Positions 7,704 to 17,009 of a stretch of 64,000 nucleotides of DNA are shown here, piece after piece. Within the stretch, counting starts at the first letter, position 1. Each line of letters starts with the position of its first letter. A program made the position numbers and the translations under genes. Source of the stretch: Eubacterium sp. (lineage in GTDB: Bacteria > Bacillota > Clostridia > Peptostreptococcales > Anaerovoracaceae); NCBI GenBank assembly GCA_021769965.1, contig JAETRU010000012.1, positions 1,215-65,214 on the forward strand, written 5' to 3'. Below the pieces are notes generated by a model that did not search any database, was not told the origin of the DNA, and was given only the letters and a program-made list of their open reading frames with translations.

Positions 7704-10208
7704 ATGTCAATATTCAAATGCAAAATGTGCGGCGGTACACTGGAAATCACAAATAATGAAACTGTAGCAGTCTGTGAGTACTGCGGCACTAAGCAGACTT
7801 TACCAAAACTTGATGATGAAAAACGCGCTAATCTTTACGACCGTGCAAACCATTTCAGACGTAGTAACGAGTATGATAAAGCGATGGGAATTTATGAACA
7901 GATTCTTAACGAGGACAGCACGGATGCAGAAGCGTACTGGTCGCTGGTGCTTTGCCGCTATGGTATTGAGTATGTAGAAGATCCAGCTACTCACAAGCGC
8001 GTGCCGACAGTGAACCGTGCACAATATGCTTCTATTTTCACTGATGAAGACTATAAAGCGGCATTACAACATGCTGACGGATATCAGAGGGTAGTTTACG
8101 AAGAAGAAGCGCAGGCAATCGACAATATCCAGAAAGGTATTCTTGCTATATCACAGCGTGAAGAACCTTTTGACGTGTTTATTTGCTACAAAGAAACGGA
8201 CAATCAAGGACGGAGAACGCCTGACTCTGTGCTTGCCAACGACCTGTATCATCAGCTGACACAGGAGGGCTTTCGCGTATTCTTTGCGAGAATTACCTTG
8301 GAGGATAAGCTGGGTTCTGCATATGAGCCGTACATATTTGCAGCATTGAACTCCGCAAAGGTTATGGTTGTGCTTGGAACAAAGCCAGAGCATTTTCAGG
8401 CTGTATGGGTAAAAAATGAGTGGAGCAGATATCTTTCATTAATTAAGAATGATGCTAAGAAAATGCTGATTCCAGCTTACAAGGATATGGATCCATATGA
8501 TTTACCGGAAGAATTTTCTCATCTGCAAGCACAGGATATGTCCAAGCTTGGCTTTATGCAGGATTTGATTCGTGGAATTAAGAAAATTACGGCGTTAGAA
8601 AAACCAAAGACTACAGCAAAGGAAACCGTAGTCGTAAGCAGTGCCGCCGGCAATGCAGAATCGCTATTAAAGCGTGCCTTTATGTTTCTTGAAGATGGTG
8701 ATTTTGCAAGTGCAAACGAATACTGTGAGAAAGTGCTGGATTTAGATCCAGAAAATCCAAGAGGCTATCTGGGCAAACTGATGGCAGAGCAGAATGTCAG
8801 AACAAAAGAAGCCTTGAAAGATTGTAAAGAATCCTTTGAGGAAGCGAATAACTATCAGAAGGTGGTTCGCTTTGGTGATGCTGCTTTAGTTGCTGAACTA
8901 CAAGGATATGTTAAATATATCAATGACAGAAATGAACTGGATAGAAAGATGTTTGCTTATGATACTGCAAAATCTTTAATGGAAAGGGCTAAAAGTGAAA
9001 ATGATTTCAAAGAAGCTGCAGAAAAATTCCAGATAGCAGCAGGTTATGAGGACGCAGATAATTTGGCTGATGAATGTCTGGAAAAGGCAGAAATTGCAAG
9101 GAAAGATGCGATCTATGATGCCGCACAGATGCAGATGAAAAGAAATACAATTTCTGATTATGAGAAAGCAATAGAAGGATTTCAGAGTATTGTAGACTGG
9201 AAAGACTCAGAAGAACAGAAAGTTGTTTGTCAACAGGCGTTATCCAAACTTCAGGCTGAACGAGAGGTGAGGAGTAAGACAACTAAAAAATGGATTAAAA
9301 TATTAGTTCCTCTGGCAATTATATGTGCTGTTTTAGGAATTGTCGTAAAAACGATAATTATACCAGAAAGTCAATATAAAAACGCAATAAGTTTAATGGA
9401 GCAAAACCAATACGAAAAAGCAATTAAAGAGTTTGAAAAGCTTAATGGATACAAAGATAGTAGAAATAAAATCAGTGAAGCAGAAGAATTGTTTTTAGAA
9501 AACAAATACCAATATGCGGTTGAATTATATCAGAATAAAGAATTTGAAAAGGCCAGGAAAGAATTTGAACTGTTAGGCGATTATAAGAACTCTAAAGTTT
9601 TAATTAAGAAGTATTTAATGGAAAGTGGAGTGGATTACTCTAAAATAGGTGATTCCTATTATTTTGGATCTTATGAACAAGATAATGATAGGAGTAATGG
9701 CAAAGAGAAAATAGAGTGGCTTATTATTGAAAGAAATGATAACAAGGCATTATTAATTAGCAAGTATGTATTGGACTATAGAAAATATAATAGTGACGCT
9801 GTTGTTGTAAAGAGCCTCAACGATTACGATGAAACAACAGGAACAATGAGCTGGGAACAGTGTGATTTAAGAAGTTGGCTTAATAATGAGTTCCTAAAAA
9901 ATGCATTTACTTTAAAAGAAAGAAATCAAATACGAGATGATATTTTTATCCTATCATCGAATGAAGTTGAAAAATATTTCCCTTCGAGCGAACTTAGGGT
10001 TTGTGAGCCAACGGTTTATGTAAAGAAAAAAGGTGTTAAGACAAATTCTTATGGGAAATGCGATTGGTGGCTAATAGCTAGTGAGAGTATAGAATCTTCA
10101 TATAGATTATCTACATCAATTGTGTCTGGTGTTGGAGAAATTTCTAAAGCGGGTGTTGATTCACAAATTGGTGTTCGCCCAGCCATCTGGCTTGACCTTG
10201 CTAAATAA
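7704..10208 (+). CDS. Zn-ribbon/TPR/TIR/TPR/TM/DUF6273-like multidomain membrane protein, 834 aa
   Basis: CKMC..CEYC; TPR helices; TIR FDVFICYK...VWVKNEW with the conserved Glu; one TM (ILVPLAIICAVLGIVV); C-terminal IEW...LLISKY...W..CDLRSWLN...WWL...GVRPAIWLDL. Confidence 0.85.
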   Translation: MSIFKCKMCGGTLEITNNETVAVCEYCGTKQTLPKLDDEKRANLYDRANHFRRSNEYDKAMGIYEQILNEDSTDAEAYWSLVLCRYGIEYVEDPATHKRVPTVNRAQYASIFTDEDYKAALQHADGYQRVVYEEEAQAIDNIQKGILAISQREEPFDVFICYKETDNQGRRTPDSVLANDLYHQLTQEGFRVFFARITLEDKLGSAYEPYIFAALNSAKVMVVLGTKPEHFQAVWVKNEWSRYLSLIKNDAKKMLIPAYKDMDPYDLPEEFSHLQAQDMSKLGFMQDLIRGIKKITALEKPKTTAKETVVVSSAAGNAESLLKRAFMFLEDGDFASANEYCEKVLDLDPENPRGYLGKLMAEQNVRTKEALKDCKESFEEANNYQKVVRFGDAALVAELQGYVKYINDRNELDRKMFAYDTAKSLMERAKSENDFKEAAEKFQIAAGYEDADNLADECLEKAEIARKDAIYDAAQMQMKRNTISDYEKAIEGFQSIVDWKDSEEQKVVCQQALSKLQAEREVRSKTTKKWIKILVPLAIICAVLGIVVKTIIIPESQYKNAISLMEQNQYEKAIKEFEKLNGYKDSRNKISEAEELFLENKYQYAVELYQNKEFEKARKEFELLGDYKNSKVLIKKYLMESGVDYSKIGDSYYFGSYEQDNDRSNGKEKIEWLIIERNDNKALLISKYVLDYRKYNSDAVVVKSLNDYDETTGTMSWEQCDLRSWLNNEFLKNAFTLKERNQIRDDIFILSSNEVEKYFPSSELRVCEPTVYVKKKGVKTNSYGKCDWWLIASESIESSYRLSTSIVSGVGEISKAGVDSQIGVRPAIWLDLAK

Positions 10209-10266
10209 AAATAATTTCAATAAATTACGCTTACGGTATATTTGAAATTAACAAATAATTCATTAC

Positions 10267-10303
10267 AAATGGCACTATGCACTAGATTTGTATAGTGCCA
10301 TTT
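10267..10303 (+). terminator. stem-loop after the TIR gene (probable terminator and intron target)
   Basis: AAATGGCACTAT (10267-10278) / ATAGTGCCATTT (10292-10303) perfect 12-bp IR. Confidence 0.6.
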
Positions 10304-10309
10304 ATAGTG

Positions 10310-10420
10310 GAGTGCCGGGCATGACACAGTTCTAAGATGATCCTAAGCTCAGGTTGAGAGTCAGCACCACCAAAACAAAGGTCGTGAGACCTGCCAGGAG
10401 CAATTTCTTAGGTTTATCTT
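10310..10420 (+). pseudogene. group IIC intron relic (5' end plus reverse-transcriptase fragment)
   Basis: GAGTGCCGGGCATG resembles the IIC 5' end GTGTGCCCGGCATG, 6 nt after a stem-loop; frame from 10339 reads PKLRLRVSTTKTKVVRPARSNFLG, like RT domains 6-7. Confidence 0.55.
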
Positions 10421-10528
10421 CTGAAAAGACAGGGAATGTCTATATATAGTTGTTGCTATTTTCAAAACTGTGTGCTACAATAACTGCGTACATTATTTAT
10501 TTTTTGCGTGTGGAAAGTTGGTGTCTGC

Positions 10529-11134
10529 TTGAGTAAAAAAGAAATTTTGAAAACGGTAATTGAAAATAACGGCGGCATTGCAAAAACTTCGGATTTTGCC
10601 ACTAACGGTATAAATAAATACGAGGTAGCGGCTTTTTGTAAAGAAGGAGTCATTGAAAGAATTCGCAGAGGATTTTACCAGCTCCCCCAAAGTAAAAGCA
10701 TTACCGAAGAACAGCTCATACGGGAGCTTCTTCCGCAGGGAATTATTTGTGTGGAGTCCGCTTTGTTTCACTACGGATATAGTGATTTTTCTCCCCGTGA
10801 ATGGACGATTGCTGTACCAAGAACAGCGTCCCGTGTTGTAAAGAACATTGAAGAATTTCCGATGAAAGCTTACTATATTCAAAAAAGCTTTTTAGATATA
10901 GGTAAGTCCACAGGCAATTTTAACGGTGTAATATTGTCTGTGTATGATCGTGAGCGAACAATATGTGATTGCTTTAAGTACCGCACTAAACTTGACAACG
11001 AAATTTTTAATAAGGCTGTCAATGCCTATGCTGCTGACGAAAAAAAGAATCTTGCAAATTTGTCTAAATACGCAAAGGAAATGAAGCTTTATACAAAGAT
11101 TATGAATGTAATGGAGGTGCTGCTTAATGGCTGA
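10529..11134 (+). CDS. abiEi: type IV TA antitoxin, AbiEi family
   Basis: N-terminal wHTH (IERIRRGFY), GIICVESALFHYG, YDRERTICD; overlaps the toxin start. Confidence 0.85.
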   Translation: MSKKEILKTVIENNGGIAKTSDFATNGINKYEVAAFCKEGVIERIRRGFYQLPQSKSITEEQLIRELLPQGIICVESALFHYGYSDFSPREWTIAVPRTASRVVKNIEEFPMKAYYIQKSFLDIGKSTGNFNGVILSVYDRERTICDCFKYRTKLDNEIFNKAVNAYAADEKKNLANLSKYAKEMKLYTKIMNVMEVLLNG

Positions 11135-12026
11135 TATAGCTGCGTCCGTGCTGGCACGGCTCAAAAACAAAGCTGCTGAAAACGGCAGAAGCTATCAGCT
11201 CTGCCTGCAGCTCTTTTGCCAAGAGGAATTCTTGCGCCGTTTGGAAAAGTCTAGGTATGCTGAAAACCTCGTGTTGAAAGGCGGCTTGTTCCTCTATTCC
11301 CTCACTGACTTTGACAGCCGGGTAACGGTTGATGTTGATTTTTTGCTTCGGAAAATGCCCAATACACCGGAGCAGTTAAAGGGTATACTTGAGGAAATTA
11401 TTGCGGTTCATACCGGCAATGATTTTATTACCTTTGAGATAAAGGATGTTGCACCTATTGCTGCTCAGAAGAAATATGCCGGTATAGGTGCATCAATAGT
11501 TGCTCGTGTAAAAAACACACGCACACCCTTTGGCATTGACTTCGGCGTTGGGGATGTTATCGTGCCGAAACAGGAAAAAAGAAAGATTCCCACTCAGCTT
11601 GATGATTTTGCTGCACCTACAGTTAATACTTATTCCATTGAAACGACTGTTGCTGAGAAAATTGACGCGATCCTCAGCCTGATGGAGTTCTCCAGCCGCA
11701 TGAAAGACTATTACGATATTTATTATCTTGCCAATAAGTTTGACTTTGACGGTATGGTGCTGACCGAAGCACTCAGAAGAACCTTTGCGAACCGTGAGCA
11801 CAATTTTACGGGAGAACAGTTTGAACAGGTTATGGGCTTCGATGGAGATACGGCAATGCAGAAGAAATGGAAAGCCTTTGTCCGTAAAATCGACACGAAA
11901 ACCGATGATTACAGTACCGTGTTGAAAATAATAAAGGCTTTCCTGACAAAACCGTTTACTGCGGCGACCAGCGGTAAAGAATTTACTGAAAAATGGTCTG
12001 CAATTAATGGCAAATGGATGCAATAG
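11127..12026 (+). CDS. abiEii: nucleotidyltransferase toxin, AbiEii family
   Basis: VLKGG, RVTVDVDF, ETTVAEKIDA, SRMKDYYD motifs. Confidence 0.88.
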   Translation: MADIAASVLARLKNKAAENGRSYQLCLQLFCQEEFLRRLEKSRYAENLVLKGGLFLYSLTDFDSRVTVDVDFLLRKMPNTPEQLKGILEEIIAVHTGNDFITFEIKDVAPIAAQKKYAGIGASIVARVKNTRTPFGIDFGVGDVIVPKQEKRKIPTQLDDFAAPTVNTYSIETTVAEKIDAILSLMEFSSRMKDYYDIYYLANKFDFDGMVLTEALRRTFANREHNFTGEQFEQVMGFDGDTAMQKKWKAFVRKIDTKTDDYSTVLKIIKAFLTKPFTAATSGKEFTEKWSAINGKWMQ

Positions 12027-12101
12027 GATGTAGCTGTTCGGCCACGTCTTCACGCTCTGCCATCTGATTTAGCAGAGCTGACAGATCCCGCCGAAAAACA
12101 C

Positions 12102-13331
12102 TTACGACTTTTTGATTTGAACCTTCTCGATTTCTCCCGCCAGTTCAAATCCTTTTTTGGCGGCGATTACAGCGATGATCTCATTGATTACAGCGGCAGC
12201 GGCGATGGTTCCCTGCAGGATGCCGACAAGGGCAGGCTGCGATGCCAAAGTAGCGCAGGCGATTCCGGTAAAGACGAGGGAAACACCGGAATGGGGCAGC
12301 AGGGTAAGGCCGAGATATTTCTGTACGGTTTCGGGCATTTTAGTTGCTTTTGCGCCAAACCTGGCTCCGAAATATTTTCCGGCGCCTCTTGCCGCGATAT
12401 ATAAAACAGTGTAGGATCCGGCGCCGAGAATCAAATGATAGTTCAGCGGAGCGCCGAGGTCAACAATGGCGGCCAGCAGACTGACCGCAAGGACAGGGTG
12501 AAAATAGTCTGTGATTTCTTCCAACCGCTCTTTATCGACCATATTGGTAAATACAGCCGAGAAGGAAACCCCCATCAGCATATAGTTCAGCGTAATGCCG
12601 GACAGTATTTTTGTATTTATGAACCAGCCAATGCCGGCTGTCAGTGTGATGCCGCAAAGCAAAACGATTAATGTCTGCCCGCGGCCGCATCCTCTGCTTA
12701 ACAGCCTGCCTGCGGGAAGTCCTGTTACAAGGCCGATGATGACCGGCAAAAGGACCATCACGGGAATCATATACAGAGGAACCGTGCCGCCGGATACGGA
12801 GCTGGCCACAACGGAATTGACCGTGAAGAATACAATGATCGCCACGATATCATCTAACACTGCCATTGGCAGCAATGTGCTGGTTACAGGTCCTTTTGCG
12901 TGAAATTCATTTACAATGGATAACGCAGGCGCAGGCGCGGTAGCCAGTGCGATCCCGCCGAAGATGAAGGCGAGGAAAACAGGCACGCCCGCCGCGAGAA
13001 ACGCGATTCCAAAGACGATCGTGATGAAACAGAAAGTGCCTAAAGACTGAGTCAATGTAGTGATGATCAGTCCTTTGCCGTAGGTTTTGAGTTCTTTCCA
13101 TACGAGTTCTGTTCCGAGCATCAGACCAAAGGCGCACTGCATCCACATGATAACGGTCTTATACCATCCGGCAGTGAGGATAGAATCCGGCATGAGTCCG
13201 AGCGCGTGCGGTCCGAATATCATACCGATGATCAGCCATCCTAAAATAGAAGGAAGCTTGATTTTAGAAAACAGTTTGCCGGTAAACAGCGCCAGCGCAA
13301 GTACGAGCAGCCATCGAAGCAGTTGTATCAT
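12102..13331 (-). CDS. cation:proton antiporter (CPA2/Na+/H+ exchanger family)
   Basis: About 12 TM segments; ATAPA and AVLDD motifs. Confidence 0.85.
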   Translation of the reverse strand: MIQLLRWLLVLALALFTGKLFSKIKLPSILGWLIIGMIFGPHALGLMPDSILTAGWYKTVIMWMQCAFGLMLGTELVWKELKTYGKGLIITTLTQSLGTFCFITIVFGIAFLAAGVPVFLAFIFGGIALATAPAPALSIVNEFHAKGPVTSTLLPMAVLDDIVAIIVFFTVNSVVASSVSGGTVPLYMIPVMVLLPVIIGLVTGLPAGRLLSRGCGRGQTLIVLLCGITLTAGIGWFINTKILSGITLNYMLMGVSFSAVFTNMVDKERLEEITDYFHPVLAVSLLAAIVDLGAPLNYHLILGAGSYTVLYIAARGAGKYFGARFGAKATKMPETVQKYLGLTLLPHSGVSLVFTGIACATLASQPALVGILQGTIAAAAVINEIIAVIAAKKGFELAGEIEKVQIKKS

Positions 13332-13939
13332 TTCCGGGTACCTCCTTTTGCAATTCCGTATAACATAAAGTCAAGCAGCTTAGAAAGAGTGAGCTCATGT
13401 TCTTTGATCCGATCTTCAAGGGCCGTATTGCGGCAGGCGGGGCTGCTGAAATATCCATTGAACATTCGCTGCATCTGACGGAAATAAGCGATAGAATCTT
13501 CTTCTGTGATACCGTCCCGCAGTGTGAGGCCGGAGATCACATGACGGTATATTTTTTCGTTCATTTCTTCAAACGGTTCTAAAACCTCATTGATCCTGTC
13601 CAGTAATTTCTCCTGGGGCTGCAGAACTGCCTCAAAGAAAATGTGCGCTTCGTTAGGGCATTCTGTAAAAAAGCGCATACGCAGTTTCAGGTACTGCAGC
13701 GGATCAGAAGCGCAGCCGCTTTCCTGAATCATAGAGATCAGCTTCCGGCAGCTGTTCTCAAGGCATACAAGATAGAGCGCGTCTTTATTTTTAAAGTTAT
13801 GATAAATCAGCCCTTTGTTGATTCCTCTTTTACAGATATTGTTAATCGTTCCTTTGGCGTAACCCTTTGTGCCAAATTCCGCAAGGGCCGCTTCCAGTAT
13901 TTTTGATACAGTTAATTCTGTACGTTCGGTTCTTTTCAT
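13328..13939 (-). CDS. TetR/AcrR family regulator
   Basis: N-terminal HTH (ILEAALAEFGTKGY...INKGLIYHNFKNKDALY); overlaps antiporter start. Confidence 0.9.
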   Translation of the reverse strand: MKRTERTELTVSKILEAALAEFGTKGYAKGTINNICKRGINKGLIYHNFKNKDALYLVCLENSCRKLISMIQESGCASDPLQYLKLRMRFFTECPNEAHIFFEAVLQPQEKLLDRINEVLEPFEEMNEKIYRHVISGLTLRDGITEEDSIAYFRQMQRMFNGYFSSPACRNTALEDRIKEHELTLSKLLDFMLYGIAKGGTRK

Positions 13940-13987
13940 TTTGTTTGATCAATACCTTTCTGATAGGATTTATCTGCCACGGTGACT

Positions 13988-14019
13988 ATGGTAACATAAA
14001 TTGACCGGTTAGTCAATTT
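13988..14019 (-). promoter_or_regulatory. tetR promoter with overlapping palindromic operator
   Basis: Minus TTGACT-17-TACCAT; IR AAATTGAC (13998-14005) / GTCAATTT (14012-14019). Confidence 0.7.
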
Positions 14020-14128
14020 TCAGAATGAGAAAACTACACGGGAAGAAAAAGAGCAAAAAGAAAAAGTTGTGCGTCCTGGCCTTAAAAAGACAGATTCGCA
14101 CAACTTTCAACTTATATGATTTCAATGA

Positions 14129-14968
14129 TTATATCGCGCTGATATATTCCTCCAGGGTTTTCAGGCATTTTGGAACCGGCAGATCCGCAGACAGAATGCC
14201 TTTTTTTACGAGACTCTCAAAGAGCTCCATGGCGGCAGGCTTTTTGAGATTGGTCTGCTCGAGGATACTGTCATTGGAGAAAACCTCGACAGGCGTGCCG
14301 TGCATCAGCGTTTTGCCGCCAGCGATCAATACGATTTCGTCAGCCCATTCCAAAGCATAGTCTACGTTATGGGTGGACATGAGGACAGTAATGCCCTGTT
14401 CTACCAGCATATCTACAATTCTGTTGACGATGACAGTATGCTTGGGGTCAAGAGAGGAAGTCGGTTCATCCAGAATGATGATCTCCGGGTGCATGACTAA
14501 AACGTCCGCGATGGAGACCTGCTTTTTCTGACCGCCGGAGAGGGAATGGGTGGGTTTATGCTGAAAACCCGTGATCTCTAAAGTATCTATGACTTTCTCC
14601 ACTTCCTTTCGCGCCTCCTGCTCGGTCATACCCATGTTCAGAGCGCCAAAGGAGATCTCCTGTGTCACGGAAGCAGAAAACAGCTGGTTATCCGGATCCT
14701 GAAAGACGATGCCCACCTTGCTGCGAAGATCCAAGAGACCTTTTTTGCTGTAATCTACAGGTTTGCCGTCCAGATAGAGGGTGCCCTGCGAAGGCTTGTG
14801 AATGCCGTTTAAGCACAGAAAAAAAGTAGATTTTCCGGCGCCGTTGGCTCCCATAAACGCGACTTTTCTGCCGCGTTCAATTTCCAGATCGAGTCCGTTT
14901 AAGGAATAGCTTTTCTCATCATCATAGGAAAAATATAAATTTTCTGCTTTAATAATAATATCTTTCAT
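14129..14968 (-). CDS. cbiO: cobalt ECF transporter ATPase
   Basis: Walker A GANGAGKST, LSGGQ, ILDEPT; cluster context. Confidence 0.92.
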   Translation of the reverse strand: MKDIIIKAENLYFSYDDEKSYSLNGLDLEIERGRKVAFMGANGAGKSTFFLCLNGIHKPSQGTLYLDGKPVDYSKKGLLDLRSKVGIVFQDPDNQLFSASVTQEISFGALNMGMTEQEARKEVEKVIDTLEITGFQHKPTHSLSGGQKKQVSIADVLVMHPEIIILDEPTSSLDPKHTVIVNRIVDMLVEQGITVLMSTHNVDYALEWADEIVLIAGGKTLMHGTPVEVFSNDSILEQTNLKKPAAMELFESLVKKGILSADLPVPKCLKTLEEYISAI

Positions 14969-14976
14969 GGAAACTC

Positions 14977-15753
14977 CTATCTAAAGCATTTAAACCATAA
15001 TGTAAACAGCAAAAGGGCAGTCTCGTAAATGGCGATATAACAGATATTTCGCCTGCTGACCGGATGGCTCTCTTCCAAAACCTTTATTTCTCCGTCATAT
15101 CCTCTGGATTCCATGGCGTCATAAAGATTTCTGGAGCGTTTCATCGCCCTGACAAACAGTGCCTGTACCATAGCCGCAAAGGATTTTATGGAAGTTTTTA
15201 AATCTTTGTGACCAAGTCTTGCGTTTTGTGAAGTGGAAATGTAGTAGGCTACGTCCAGCAGCACAAAGATGTACCGGTAGATCAGCAGCATCAGCTCGAC
15301 CATCAGAGCAGGCACATGGAGTTTTCTCAGCACGCTGAGGATATCTGTCATAGTTGTGTTGAAGGACAGAAAATACAGACATGAAACAGATGCCAGCGCT
15401 GTGATGATAAGCTGCGCCCCGTGGGCGATACCCGCGAAACTTCCGGTAAGGTACCAGTTTCCAAGGGGGATCGCGAAAGCATCCAGCAGCTGCCTGCTGA
15501 TGTTGATGATAATGGCAGCAGTGCTCAGCACAAGAAAAGCCAGGGGAACCATCATCAGATTTCTGTATCTGACAGCGGAAATACCGCCGCGTACAATGGT
15601 CAGCCAGCTGTTGACCGCGATGGTAAGAATGCCGATCGCAATGGAACGACTGACGATACAGAAAATGAGCGTCAGCATTGCGAAAACAAACTTTTCCATC
15701 GGGTTTACATATCTGAGTTTTGATAAATAGCACAACTTATCTACAATGATCAT
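14977..15753 (-). CDS. cbiQ: cobalt ECF transporter T component
   Basis: TM-rich; YRYIF, ARLG and AMESRGY motifs. Confidence 0.92.
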   Translation of the reverse strand: MIIVDKLCYLSKLRYVNPMEKFVFAMLTLIFCIVSRSIAIGILTIAVNSWLTIVRGGISAVRYRNLMMVPLAFLVLSTAAIIINISRQLLDAFAIPLGNWYLTGSFAGIAHGAQLIITALASVSCLYFLSFNTTMTDILSVLRKLHVPALMVELMLLIYRYIFVLLDVAYYISTSQNARLGHKDLKTSIKSFAAMVQALFVRAMKRSRNLYDAMESRGYDGEIKVLEESHPVSRRNICYIAIYETALLLFTLWFKCFR

Positions 15754-15759
15754 GGTTAT

Positions 15760-16089
15760 TTATTCTTCCTTTTCGTCCTTCATCCATTTTCTCCTTTCGT
15801 AAAACCGGCCCATAAAGAATGCGAGGATTCCCACGCCGATACCGGTCTGTACGCAGAAGATCAGGCTTTCTATTTCTCCGGGGATCTCGCCGCCCAGATA
15901 TTTTTCCAGAACCGGTGTAAACCAGGGTTCGTATTCTTCACCCTGAATCTCTGTCACAACACCGCCGGCAGCATCATCAGAACCGCCGAATTCTGCGCCT
16001 TTGAGCGCAAGGAAAGGAACCACCGCAATGAGAATTGCCAGAATCAGAAGCAGGATCACGAGACCTTTTTTAGATTTCTTTTTGTCCAT
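15760..16089 (-). CDS. cbiN: cobalt transport protein CbiN
   Basis: FGGSDD, YEPWF, PGEIESLIFCVQ. Confidence 0.92.
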   Translation of the reverse strand: MDKKKSKKGLVILLLILAILIAVVPFLALKGAEFGGSDDAAGGVVTEIQGEEYEPWFTPVLEKYLGGEIPGEIESLIFCVQTGIGVGILAFFMGRFYERRKWMKDEKEE

Positions 16090-16090
16090 A

Positions 16091-16840
16091 TTATTTTCCC
16101 TCCTTGATAAATCCGATCGATTTCAGTTCCGGTTTCGCAAAGGATTCCAGTCCGATGACGATGATAACCGTTAAAATGCCTTCAACGATGGCAAGCGGCA
16201 CCTGTGTCGTTGCAAAGATTCCCAGAAATTTCAAAAGTGAAGCGCTGATGCCGCCCACTTCTGAAGGGTATGCCAGCGCCAGCTGCAGACTGGTAACGCA
16301 GTATGTAAGCAGATCGCCTAAGGCAGCTGCCAGAAATACGGAAAACATTTTGTTGATCTTTAACTTTTCGCACAGCTTATATACGCCGTATGCGATAAAC
16401 GGTCCCGCGATAGCCATGGAGAAGGTGTTTGCTCCAAGGGTGGTAAGTCCGCCGTGTGCCAGCAGAATTGCCTGAAACAAAAGCACGATGATCCCCAGAA
16501 TGCTGACTGCCGCCGGTCCGAAAAGGATCGCGCCAAGACCGGTTCCTGTCATATGGGAACAGCTTCCCGTGACAGACGGAATCTTCAGTGAGGAAATTAC
16601 AAAGATAAACGCGCCTGCCATAGCAAGCACAGTGATGACTTTTCTGTTATCGGCAAGAGTTTTTCTGATGGAGAAAAAACCCCAGACCAGGAATGGAATG
16701 CAGACAGCGCCCCAGACCAGGCAGTAGGTTCCGGGCAGGTAGCCCTCCATGATGTGCATGGCGCTTGCGGTAGGAACCACGCCGAAGATCAGTGAAAAAA
16801 CTGTTACAATTGATAAAACTAATTTTTGCCTTTTTGTCAT
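16091..16840 (-). CDS. cbiM: cobalt ECF transporter S component with leader peptide
   Basis: [10 protein letters not shown] mature N-terminus, GSCSHMTG; AGGAGA RBS before ATG 16840. Confidence 0.93.
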   Translation of the reverse strand: MTKRQKLVLSIVTVFSLIFGVVPTASAMHIMEGYLPGTYCLVWGAVCIPFLVWGFFSIRKTLADNRKVITVLAMAGAFIFVISSLKIPSVTGSCSHMTGTGLGAILFGPAAVSILGIIVLLFQAILLAHGGLTTLGANTFSMAIAGPFIAYGVYKLCEKLKINKMFSVFLAAALGDLLTYCVTSLQLALAYPSEVGGISASLLKFLGIFATTQVPLAIVEGILTVIIVIGLESFAKPELKSIGFIKEGK

Positions 16841-16900
16841 AATGTCTCCTTTCTCAATAAACGTAATGAACAAAACACGAAAGCCGCGGCTTTCAGGCAT

Positions 16901-16924
16901 AAAAAAACCTGTCAAATGACAGGT
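16901..16924 (-). terminator. intrinsic terminator in the cbiM leader (riboswitch expression platform)
   Basis: ACCTGTCA/TGACAGGT hairpin followed by T7 on the minus strand. Confidence 0.7.
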
Positions 16925-17009
16925 GCGGCGTTTGGAAGGTATGCAAAAAAATCTTTCCATTTCGTGTTCACACCCGGTCATCGTTCGTAACCTGTGTAAA
17001 TTGGCTGTA

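Larger units (their letters stand above)
3350..12030. mobile_element. accessory/defence-like genomic island (recombinase, invertible segment, SPFH-TM-SIR2-TIR operon, intron relic, AbiE); boundaries approximate
   Basis: Visibly AT-richer than flanking miaB and antiporter genes; tyrosine recombinase at left edge; no att direct repeats found. Confidence 0.65.

Noticed and set aside
6488-10208. Calling the SIR2 + TIR pair canonical Thoeris
   Set aside because: No SLOG/Macro sensor domain recognised and the TIR is embedded in an 834-aa membrane protein; reported as a distinct candidate instead
10380-10391. GGTC-GTGA-GACC GNRA hairpin as part of a riboswitch
   Set aside because: No riboswitch consensus around it; it falls within the RT-like coding relic
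9640-10420. Diversity-generating retroelement targeting the DUF6273-like C-terminus
   Set aside because: No template repeat matching the 3' end and no intact RT; the only RT-like sequence is a short intron-type fragment
3290-12100. attL/attR direct repeats delimiting the island
   Set aside because: No convincing direct repeat found by eye at either edge; boundaries remain approximate
13991-14000. GTAACATAAA as a third recombination site
   Set aside because: Matches only one arm, has no TTATGA spacer or second arm, and is explained by the tetR promoter
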